From Eledone cirrhosa (taxonomy: Eukaryota), in the NCBI GenBank assembly GCA_964016885.1, contig OZ024742.1:8494001-8558000 (forward strand): DNA of 64,000 nucleotides. The letters are read 5' to 3'. The notes beneath the pieces were generated by a model. It did not search any database. It was given only the letters and a program-made list of their open reading frames with translations, and was not told where the DNA came from. A program made the position numbers and the translations under genes. Within the stretch, counting starts at the first letter, position 1; each line of letters opens with the position of its first letter. Shown piece after piece: positions 1-12,350 of this stretch.

Positions 1-3000
1 AGTACATATCTTCTAGTATAATTCTTCAATGTAAATCTACAGACTCTGCTCTGCTAGACTGCCCTATCTCAGTACATATCTTCTAGTATAAATCTTCAAT
101 GTAAACCTACAGACTCTGCACTTCTAGACTACCCTATCTCAGTACATATCTTCTAGTATACTTCTTCAGTGTAAATCTACAGACTCTACTCTGCTAGACT
201 GCCCTATCTCAGTACATATTTTCTAGTATACTTCCTCAGTGTAAACCTACAGACTCTGCTCTGCTAGACTGCCCTATCTCAGTACATATCTTCTAGTATA
301 CTTCCTCAGAGTAAACCTACAGACTCTGCTCTGCTAGACTGCCCTATCTCAGTACATATCTTCTAGTATAAATCTTCAATGTAAACCTACAGACTCTGCA
401 CTTCTAGACTACCCTATCTCAGTACATATCTTCTAGTATACTTCTTCAGTGTAAACCTACAGACTCTGCTCTGCTAGACTGCCCTATCTCAGTACATATT
501 TTCTAGTATAATTCCTCAGTGTAAACCTACAGACTCTGCTCTGCTAGACTGCCCTATCTCAGTACATATCTTCTAGTATACTTCTTCAGTGTAAACCTAC
601 AGACTCTGCTCTGCTAGACTACCCTATCTCAGTACATATCTTCTAGTATACTTCTTCAGTGTAAACCTACAGACTCTGCACTGCTAGACTGCCCTATCTC
701 AGTACATATCTTCTAGTATACTTCCTCAGTGTAAACCTACAGACTCTGCTCTGCTAGACTGCCCTATCTCAGTACATATCTTCTAGTATACTTCTTCAGT
801 GTAAACCTACAGACTCTGCTCTGCTAGACTACCCTATCTCAGTACATATCTTCTAGTATACTTCTTCAGTGTAAACCTACAGACTCTGCACTGCTAGACT
901 GCCCTATCTCAGTATATATTTTCTAGTATACTTCTTCAGTGTAAACCTACAGACTCTGCACTGCTAGACTGCCCTACCTCAGTACATATCTTCTAGTATA
1001 CTTCTTCAGTGTAAACCTACAGACTCTGCACTGCTAGACTGCCCTATCTCAGTACATATTTTCTAGTATACTTCTTCAGTGTAAACCTACAGACTCTGCT
1101 CTGCTAGACTACCCTATCTCAGTACATATCTTCTAGTATACTTCTTCAGTGTAAACCTACAGACTCTGCTCTGCTAGACTACCCTATCTCAGGACATATC
1201 TTCTAGTATACTTCTTCAGTGTAAACCTACAGACTCTGCACTGCTAGACTGCCCTATCTCAGTACATATTTTCTAGTATACTTCTTCAGTGTAAACCTAC
1301 AGACTCTGCACTTCTAGACTGCCCTATCTCAGTACATATTTTCTAGTATACTTCTTCAGTGTAAACCTACAGACTCTGCTCTGCTAGACTACCCTATCTC
1401 AGTACATATCTTCTAGTATACTTCTTCAGTGTAAACCTACAGACTCTGCTCTGCTAGACTACCCTATCTCAGTACATATCTTCTAGTATACTTCTTCAGT
1501 GTAAACCTACAGACTCTGCACTGCTAGACTGCCCTATCTCAGTACATATTTTCTAGTATACTTCTTCAGTGTAAACCTACAGACTCTGCACTGCTAGACT
1601 GCCCTATCTCAGTACATATCTTCTAGTATACTTCTTCAGTGTAAACATACAGACTCTGCTCTGCTAGACTGCCCTATCTCAGTACATATCTTCTAGTATA
1701 TTTCTTCAGTGTAAACCTACAGACTCTGCTCTGCTAGACTGCCCTATCTCAGTACATATTTTCTAGTATACTTCTTCAGTGTAAACCTACAGACTCTGCA
1801 CTGCTAGACTGCCCTATCTCAGTACATATCTTCTAGTATACTTCTTCAGTGTAAACATACAGACTCTGCTCTGCTAGACTGCCCTATCTCAGTACATATC
1901 TTCTAGTATACTTCTTCAGTGTAAACCTACAGGCTCTGCTCTGCTAGACTGCCCTATCTCAGTACATATCTTCTAGTATACTTCTTCAGTGTAAACCTAC
2001 AGACTCTGCACTACTAGACTGCCCTAACTCAGTACATATCTTCTAGTATACTTCTTCAGTGTAAACCTACAGACTCTGCACTGCTAGACTGCCCTATCTC
2101 AGTACATATCTTCTAGTATACTTCCTCAGTGTAAACCTACAGACTCTGCACTGGTAGACTGCCCTATCTCAGTACATATCTTCTAGTATACTTCTTCAGT
2201 GTAAACCTACAGACTCTGCACTGCTAGACTGCCCTATCTCAGTACATATCTTCTAGTATACTTCTTCAGTGTAAACCTACAGACTCTGCACTGCTAGACT
2301 GCCCTAACTCAGTACATATCTTCTAGTATACTTCTTCAGTGTAAACCTACAGACTCTGCACTGCTAGACTGCCCTATCTCAGTACATATCTTCTAGTATA
2401 CTTCTTCAGTGTAAACCTACAGACTCTGCTCTTCTAGACTACCCTATCTCAGTACATATCTTCTAGTATACTTCTTCAGTGTAAACCTACAGACTCTGCA
2501 CTTCTAGACTACACTATCTCAGTACATATCTTCTAGTATACTTCTTCAGTGTAAACCTACAGACTCTGCTCTGCTAGACTGCCCTATCTCAGTACATATC
2601 TTCTAGTATACTTCTTCAGTGTAAACCTACAGACTCTGCTCTGCTAGACTGCCCTATCTCAGTACATATCTTCTAGTATACTTCTTCAATGTAAACCTAC
2701 AGACTCTGTCTGCTAGACTGCTCTATCTCAGTACATATCTTCTAGTATACTTCTTCAGTGTAAACCTACAGACTCTGCACTGCTAGACTACCCTATCTCA
2801 GTACATATCTTCTAGTATACTTCTTCAGTGTAAACCTACAGACTCTGCTCTGCTAGACTACCCTATCTCAGTACATATCTTCTAGTATACTTCTTCAGTG
2901 TAAACCTACAGACTCTGCTCTGCAAGACTGCCCTATCTCAGTACATATCTTCTAGTATAATTCTTCAATGTAAATCTACAGACTCTGCTCTGCTAGACTG

Positions 3001-6000
3001 CCCTATCTCAGTACATATCTTCTAGTATACTTCTTCAGTGTAAACCTACAGACTCTGCTCTGCAAGACTGCCCTATCTCAGTACATATCTTCTAGTATAA
3101 ATCTTCAATGTAAACCTACAGACTCTGCACTTCTAGACTACCCTATCTCAGTACATATCTTCTAGTATACTTCTTCAGTGTAAATCTACAGACTCTACTC
3201 TGCTAGACTGCCCTATCTCAGTACATATTTTCTAGTATACTTCCTCAGTGTAAACCTACAGACTCTGCTCTGCTAGACTGCCCTATCTCAGTACATATCT
3301 TCTAGTATACTTCCTCAGAGTAAACCTACAGACTCTGCTCTGCTAGACTGCCCTATCTCAGTACATATTTTCTAGTATAATTCCTCAGTGTAAACCTACA
3401 GACTCTGCTCTGCTAGACTGCCCTATCTCAGTACATATCTTCTAGTATACTTCTTCAGTGTAAACCTACAGACTCTGCACTGCTAGACTGCCCTATCTCA
3501 GTACATATCTTCTAGTATACTTCTTCAGTGTAAACCTACAGATTCTGCACAGCTAGACTGCCCTATCTCAGTACATATCTTCTAGTATAATTCCTCAGTG
3601 TAAACCTACAGACTCTGTCTGCTAGACTACCCTATCTCAGTACATATCTTCTAGTATACTTCTTCAGTGTAAACCTACAGACTCTGCACTGCTAGACTGC
3701 CCTATCTCAGTACATATCTTCTAGTATACTTCTTCAGTGTAAACCTACAGACTCTGCACTGCTAGACTGCCCTATCTCAGTACATATTTTCTAGTATGCT
3801 TCTTCAGTGTAAACCTACAGACTCTGCACTGCTAGACTGCCCTATCTCAGTACATATTTTCTAGTATGCTTCTTCAGTGTAAACCTACAGACTCTGCTCT
3901 GCTATACTGCCCTATCTCAGTACATATCTTCTAGTATACTTCCTCAGTGTAAACCTACAGACTCTGCTCTGCTAGACTGCCCTATCTCAGTACATATTTT
4001 CTAGTATGCTTCTTCAGTGTAAACCTACAGACTCTGCACTGCTAGACTGCCCTATCTCAGTACATATCTTCTAGTATACTTCTTCAATGTAAACCTACAG
4101 ACTCTGCACTGCTAGACTGCCCTATCTCCGTACATATCTTCTAGTATACTTCCTCAGTGTAAACCTACAGACTCTGCTCTGCTCGACTGCCCTATCTCAG
4201 TACATATCTTCTAGTATACTTCTTCAATGTAAACCTACAGACTCTGCTCTGCTAGACTGCCCTATCTCAGTACATATCTTCTAGTATACTTCTTCAATGT
4301 AAACCTACAGACTCTGCTCTGCTAGACTGCCCTATCTCAGTACATATCTTCTAGTATACTTCTTCAGTGTAAACCTACAGACTCTGCTCTGCTAGACTGC
4401 CCTATCTCAGTACATATTTTCTAGTATACTTCTTCAATGTAAACCTACAGACTCTGCTCTGCTAGACTGCCCTATCTCAGTACATATCTTCTAGTATACT
4501 TCTTCAGTGAAAACCTACAGACTCTGCACTGCTAGACTGCCCTATCTCAGTACATATATTCTAGTATACTTCTTCAATGTAAACCTACAGACTCTGCACT
4601 GCTAGACTGCCCTATATCAGTACATATCTTCTAGTATACTTCTTCAGTGTAAACCTACAGACTCTGCACTGCTAGACTGCCCTATCTCAGTACATATCTT
4701 CTAGTATACTTCTTCAATGTAAACCTACCGACTCTACACTGCTAGACTGCCCTATCTCAGTACATATCTTCTAGTATACTTCTTCAGTGTAAACCTACAG
4801 ACTCTGCTCTGCTAGACTGCCCTATCTCAGTACATATCTTCTAGTATACTTCTTCAATGTAAACCTACAGACTCTGCACTGCTAGACTGCCCTATCTCAG
4901 TACATATCTTCTAGTATACTTCCTCAGAGTAAACCTACAGACTCTGCTCTGCTAGACTGCCCTATCTCAGTACATATTTTCTAGTATAATTCCTCAGTGT
5001 AAACCTACAGACTCTGCTCTGCTAGACTGCCCTATCTCAGTACATATCTTCTAGTATACTTCTTCAATGTAAACCTACAGACTCTGTCTGCTAGACTGCT
5101 CTATCTCAGTACATATCTTCTAGTATAATTCTTCAATGTAAACCTACAGACTCTGCTCTGCTAGACTACCCTATCTCAGTACATATCTTCTAGTATACTT
5201 CTTCAGTGTAAACCTACAGACTCTGCACTGCTAGACTGCCCTATCTCAGTACATATCTTCTAGTATAATTCTTCAATGTAAATCTACAGACTCTGCTCTG
5301 CTAGACTGCCCTATCTCAGTACATATCTTCTAGTATAAATCTTCAATGTAAACCTACAGAGTCTGCACTTCTAGACTACCCTATCTCAGTACATATCTTC
5401 TAGTATACTTCTTCAGTGTAAATCTACAGACTCTACTCTGCTAGACTGCCCTGTCTCAGTACATATTTTCTAGTATACTTCCTCAGTGTAAACCTACAGA
5501 CTCTGCTCTGCTAGACTGCCCTATCTCAGTACATATCTTCTAGTATACTTCCTCAGAGTAAACCTACAGACTCTGCTCTGCTAGACTGCCCTATCTCAGT
5601 ACATATTTTCTAGTATAATTCCTCAGTGTAAACCTACAGACTCTGCTCTGCTAGACTGCCCTATCTCAGTACATATCTTCTAGTATACTTCTTCAGTGTA
5701 AACCTACAGACTCTGCACTGCTAGACTGCCCTATCTCAGTACATATCTTCTAGTATACTTCTTCAGTGTAAACCTACAGACTCTGCACAGCTAGACTACC
5801 CTATCTCAGTACATATCTTCTAGTATACTTCTTCAGTGTAAACCTACAGACTCTGCTCTGCTAGACTGCCCTATCTCAGTACATATCTTCTAGTATACTT
5901 CTTCAGTGTAAACCTACAGACTCTGCTCTGCTATACTGCCCTATCTCAGTACATATCTTCTAGTATACTTCTTCAGTGTAAACCTACAGACTCTGCACTG

Positions 6001-9000
6001 CTAGACTGCCCTATCTCAGTACATATCTTCTAGTATACTTCTTCAATGTAAACCTACAGACTCTGCACTGCTAGACTGCCCTATCTCAGTACATATCTTC
6101 TAGTATACTTCCTCAGTGTAAACCTACAGACTCTGCACTGCTAGACTACCCTATCTCAGTACATATCTTCTAGTATACTTCCTCAGTGTAAACCTACAGA
6201 CTCTGCACTGCTAGACTGCCCTATCTCAGTACATATCTTCTAGTATACTTCTTCAGTGTAAACCTACAGACTCTGCTCTGCTAGACTGCCCTATCTCAGT
6301 ACATATCTTCTAGTATACTTCCTCAGTGTAAACCTACAGACTCTGCACTGCTAGACTACCCTATCTCAGTACATATCTTCTAGTATACTTCTTCAGTGTA
6401 AATCTACAGACTCTACTCTGCTAGACTGCCCTATCTCAGTACATATTTTCTAGTATACTTCCTCAGTGTAAACCTACAGACTCTGCTCTGCTAGACTGCC
6501 CTATCTCAGTACATATCTTCTAGTATAATTCCTCAGAGTAAACCTACAGACTCTGCTCTGCTCGACTGCCCTATCTCAGTACATATTTTCTAGTATAATT
6601 CCTCAGTGTAAACCTACAGACTCTGCTCTGCTAGACTGCCCTATCTCAGTACATATCTTCTAGTATACTTCTTCAGTGTAAACCTACAGACTCTGCACTG
6701 CTAGACTGCCCTATCTCAGTACATATCTTCTAGTATAATTCTTCAATGTAAATCTACAGACTCTGCTCTGCTAGACTGCCCTATCTCAGTACATATCTTC
6801 TAGTATAAATCTTCAATGTAAACCTACAGACTCTGCACTTCTAGACTACCCTATCTCAGTACATATCTTCTAGTATACTTCTTCAGTGTAAATCTACAGA
6901 CTCTACTCTGCTAGACTGCCCTATCTCAGTACATATTTTCTAGTATACTTCCTCAGTGTAAACCTACAGACTCTGCTCTGCTAGACTGCCCTATCTCAGT
7001 ACATATCTTCTAGTATACTTCCTCAGAGTAAACCTACAGACTCTGCTCTGCTAGACTGCCCTATCTCAGTACATATTTTCTGGTATAATTCCTCAGTGTA
7101 AACCTACAGACTCTGCTCTGCTAGACTGCCCTATCTCAGTACATATCTTCTAGTATACTTCTTCAGTGTAAACCTACAGACTCTGCACAGCTAGACTACC
7201 CTATCTCAGTACATATCTTCTAGTATACTTCTTCAGTGTAAACCTACAGACTCTGCTCTGCTATACTGCCCTATCTCAGTACATATCTTCTAGTATACTT
7301 CTTCAATGTAAACCTACAGACCCTGCACTGCTAAACTACCCTATCTCAGTACATATCTTCTAGTATACTTCTTCAGTGTAAACCTACAGACTCTGCTCTG
7401 CTAGACTGCCCTATCTCAGTACATATCTTCTAGTATACTTCTTCAGTGTAAACCTACAGACTCTGCACTGCTAGACTGCCCTATGTCAGTACATATCTTC
7501 TAGTATACTTCTTCAGTGTAAACCTACAGACTCTGCACTGCTAGACTGCCCTATCTCAGTACATATCTTCTAGTATACTTCTTCAGTGTAAACCTACAGA
7601 CTCTGCACTGCTAGACTGCCCTATCTCAGTACATATCTTCTAGTATACTTCTTCAATGTAAACCTACAGACTCTGCACTGCTAGACTGCCCTATCTCAGT
7701 ACATATCTTCTAGTATACTTCTTCAATGTAAACCTACAGACTCTACTCTGCTAGACTGCCCTATCTCAGTACATATCTTCTAGTATACTTCCTCAGTGTA
7801 AACCTACAGACTCTGCACTGCTAGACTGCCCTATCTCAGTACATATCTTCTAGTATACTTCTTCAGTGTAAACCTACAGACTCTGCACTGCTAGACTGCC
7901 CTATCTCAGTACATATCTTCTAGTATACTTCTTCAATGTAAACCTACAGACCCTGCACTGCTAAACTACCCTATCTCAGTACATATCTTCTAGTATACTT
8001 CTTCAGTGTAAACCTACAGACCTGCTCTGCTAGACTGCCCTATCTCAGTACATATCTTCTAGTATACTTCTTCAGTGTAAATCTACAGACTCTACTCTGC
8101 TACACTGCCCTATCTCAGTACATATCTTCTAGTATACTTCTTCAATGTAAACCTACAGACTCTGCACTGCTAGACTGCCCTATCTCCGTACATATCTTCT
8201 AGTATACTTCCTCAGTGTAAACCTACAGACTCTGCTCTGCTAGACTGCCCTATCTCAGTACATATCTTCTAGTATACTTCTTCAGTGTAAACCTACAGAC
8301 TCTGCTCTGCTATACTACCCTATCTCAGTACATATATTCTAGTATACTTCTTCAGTGTAAACCTACAGACTCTGCACTGCTAGACTGCCCTATCTCAGTA
8401 CATATATTCTAGTATACTTCTTCAATGTAAACCTACAGACTCTGCACTGCTAGACTGCCCTATCTCAGTACATATCTTCTAGTATAATTCCTCAGTGTAA
8501 ACCTACAGACTCTGCACTGCTAGACTGCCCTATCTCAGTACATATATTCTAGTATACTTCTTCAGTGTAAACCTACAGACTCTGCACTGCTAGACTGCCC
8601 TATCTCAGTACATATATTCTAGTATACTTCTTCAATGTAAACCTACAGACTCTGCACTGCTAGACTGCCCTACCTCAGTACATATCTTCTAGTATACTTC
8701 TTCAATGTAAACCTACAGACTCTGCACTGCTAGACTGCCCTATCTCAGTACATATATTCTAGTATACTTCTTCAATGTAAACCTACAGACTCTGCACTGC
8801 TAGACTGCCCTATATCAGTACATATCTTCTAGTATACTTCTTCAGTGTAAACCTACAGACTCTGCTCTGCTAGACTACCCTATCTCAGTACATATCTTCT
8901 AGTATACTTCTTCAGTGTAAACCTACAGACTCTGCACTGCTAGACTGCCCTATCTCAGTACATATATTCTAGTATACTTCTTCAATGTAAACCTACAGAC

Positions 9001-9400
9001 TCTGCACTGCTAGACTGCCCTATCTCAGTACATATATTCTAGTATACTTCTTCAATGTAAACCTACAGACTCTGCACTGCTAGACTGCCCTATCTCAGTA
9101 CATATCTTCTAGTATACTTCTTCAGTGTAAATCTACAGACTCTACTCTGCTAGACTGCCCTATCTCAGTACATATTTTCTAGTATACTTCCTCAGTGTAA
9201 ACCTACAGACTCTGCTCTGCTAGACTGCCCTATCTCAGTACATATCTTCTAGTATAATTCCTCAGAGTAAACCTACAGACTCTGCTCTGCTCGACTGCCC
9301 TATCTCAGTACATATTTTCTAGTATAATTCCTCAGTGTAAACCTACAGACTCTGCTCTGCTAGACTGCCCTATCTCAGTACATATCTTCTAGTATACTTC
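1..9400. repeat. Array domain A, enriched in the G61A (GACTACCC) variant, with a repeated TATAATTC/TATAAATC-led cassette
   Basis: GACTACCC is frequent up to about 12 kb and seen only sporadically later (about 24415, 38407). The cassette at 1-350 recurs at 5248 and 6718, and in interrupted form at 2940. Boundaries are approximate. Confidence 0.75.
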
Positions 9401-12350
9401 TTCAGTGTAAACCTACAGATTCTGCTCTGCTAGACTGCCCTATCTCAGCACATATCTTCTAGTATAATTCTTCAGTGTAAACCTACAGACTCTGAACTGC
9501 TAGACTGCCCTATCTCAGTACATATCTTCTAGTATACTTCTTCAGTGTAAACCTACAGACTCTGCACTGCTAGACTGCCCGATCTCACTACATATCTTCT
9601 AGTATACTTCTTCAGTGTAAACCTACAGACTATGCACTGCTAGACTGCCCTATCTCAGTACATATCTTCTAGTATACTTCTTCAGTGTGAACCTACAGAC
9701 TCTGCTCTGCTAGACTGCCCTCTCTCAGTACATATCTTCTAGTATACTTCTTCAGTGTAAACCTACACACTCTGCTCTGCTAGACTGCCCTATCTCAGTA
9801 CATATTTTCTAGTATACTTCTTCAGGGTAAACCTACAGACTCTGCTCTACTAGACTGCCCTATCTCAGTACATATTTTCTAGTATACTTCTTCAGTGTAA
9901 ACCTACAGACTCTGCACTGCTAGACTGCCCTATCTCAGTACATATCTTCTAGTATACTTCTTCAGTGTAAACCTACAGACTCTGCACTGCTAGACTGCCC
10001 TATCTCAGTACATATATTCTAGTATAATTCTTCAATGTAAACCTACAGACTCTGCTCTTCTAGACAACCCTATCTCAGTACATATCTTCTAGTATACTTA
10101 TTCAGTGTAAACCTACAGACTCTGCTCTGCTAGACTGCCCTATCTCAGTACATATCTTCTAGTATACTTCATCAGTGTAAACCTACAGACTCTGCTCTGC
10201 TAGACTGCCCTATCTCAGTACATATCTTCTAGTATACTTCTTCAGTGTAAACCTACAGACTCTGCACTGCTAGACTGCCCTATCTCAGTACATATCTTCT
10301 CGTATACTTCTTCAGTGTAAACCTACAGACTCTGCTCTGCTAGACTGCCCTAACTCAGTACATATCTTCTAGTATACTTCTTCAGTGTAAACCTACAGAG
10401 TCTGCACTGCTAGTCTGCCCTACCTCAGTACATATCTTCTAGTATACTTCTTCAGTGTAAACCTACAGACTCTGCACTGCTAGTCTGCCCTACCTCAGTA
10501 CATATCTTCTAGTATACTTCTTCAGTGTAAACCTACAGACTCTGCACTGCTAGACTGCCCTATCTCAGTACATATCTACTAGTATACTTCTTCAAGGTAA
10601 ACCTACAGACTCTGAACTGCTAGACTGCCCTATCTCAGTACATATCTTCTAGTATACTTCTTCAATGTAAACCTACAGACTCTGCACTGCTAGACTGCCC
10701 TATCTCAGTACATATCTTCTAGTATACTTCTTCAGTGAAAACCTACAGACTCTGCACTGCTAGACTGCCCTATCTCAGTACATATCTTCTAGTATACTTC
10801 TTCAGTGAAAACCTACAGACTCTGCACTGCTAGACTGCCCTATCTCAGTACATATCTTCTAGTATACTTCTTCAATGTAAACCTACAGACTCTGCACTGC
10901 TAGACTGCCCTATCTCAGTACATATCTTCTAGTATACTTCTTCAGTGAAAACCTACAGACTCTGCACTGCTAGACTGCCCTATCTCAGTACATATCTTCT
11001 AGTATACTTCTTCATTGTAAACCTACAGAGTCTGCTCTGCTAGACTACCCTATCTCAGTACATATCTTCTAGTATACTTCTTCAGTGTAAACCTACAGAC
11101 TCTGCACTGCTAGACTGCCCTACCTCAGTACATATTTTCTAGTATACTTCTTCAATGTAAACCTACAGACTCTGCTCTTCTAGACTACCCTATCTCAGTA
11201 CATATCTTCTAGTATACTTATTCAGTGTAAACCTACAGACTCTGCTCTGCTAGACTGCCCTATCTCAGTACATATCTTCTAGTATACTTCTACAGTGTAA
11301 AACTACAGACTCTGCTCTGCTAGACTGCCCTATCTCAGTACATATTTTCTAGTATACTTCTTCAGTGTAAACCTACAGACTCTGCACTGCTAGACTGCCC
11401 TATCTCAGTACATATCTTCTCGTATACTTCTTCAGTGTAAACCTACAGACTCTGCTATGCTAGACTGCCCTATCTCAGTACATATGTTCTAGTATACTTC
11501 TTAAATGTAAACCTACAGACTCTGCACTGCTAGTCTGCCCTACCTCAGTACATATCTTCTAGTATTCTTCTTCAGTGAAAACCTACAGACTCTGCACTGC
11601 TAGACTGCCCTATCTCAGTACATATCTTCTAGTATACTTCTTCAATGTAAACCTACAGACTCTGCACTGCTAGACTGCCCTATCTCAGTACATATCTTCT
11701 AGTATACTTCTTCAGTGTAAACCTACAGACTCTGCACTGCTAGACTGCCCTATCTCAGTACATATCTTCTAGTATACTTCTTCAATGTAAACCTACAGAC
11801 TCTGCACTGCTAGACTGCCCTATCTCAGTACATATCTTCTAGTATACTTCTTCAGTGTAAACCTACAGACTCTGCTCTGCTAGACTGCCCTATCTCAGTA
11901 CATATCTTCTAGTATACTTCTTCAGTGTAAACCTACAGAGTCTGCTCTGCTAGACTACCCTATCTCAGTACATATCTTCTAGTATACTTCTTCAGTGTAA
12001 ACCTACAGACTCTGCTCTGCTAGACTGCCCTATCTCAGTACATATCTTCTAGTATACTTCTTCAGTGTAAACCTACAGACTCTGCTCTGCTAGACTGCCC
12101 TATCTCAGTACATATCTTCTAGTATACTTCTTCAATGTAAACCTACAGACTCTGCACTGCTAGAATGCCCTACCTCAGTACACATTTTCTAGTATACTTA
12201 TTCAATGTAAACTACAGACTCTGCTCTGCTAGACTGCCCTATCTCAGTACATAACGTCTAGTATACTTCTTCAATGTAAACCTACAGACTCTGTCTGCTA
12301 GACTGCCCTATCTCAGTACATATCTCTAGTATACTTCTTCAATGTAAACC
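9400..12350. repeat. Array domain B, more divergent monomers with many private substitutions
   Basis: Singleton variants include CAGCAC (~9446), GATCTCACTA (9581), GTGTGA (~9685), CAGGGT (~9823), GACAACCC (~10063), TATGTTC (~11483) and ATAACGTCTA (12251). Three 1-bp deletions fall within about 12210-12330. Confidence 0.7.

Noticed and set aside
15-30. TATAAT / TATAAA promoter-like variants
   Set aside because: These are single-base variants of the monomer with no downstream gene or other promoter context.
1-70. Trypanosoma brucei VSG '70-bp repeats'
   Set aside because: Only the nominal length matches. Those repeats are very AT-rich with (TAA)n tracts, which are absent here.
1-70. CENP-B box, alpha satellite or telomeric repeat
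   Set aside because: There is no TTCG..CGGG motif (the consensus has no CpG), the unit is not 171 bp, and there are no TTAGGG-like repeats.
1-70. tRNA, 5S or SINE-derived tandem unit (70 bp is tRNA-sized)
   Set aside because: I see no cloverleaf, no Pol III A/B boxes (TGGC..GG, GTTCGA) and no oligo-T terminator in the consensus.
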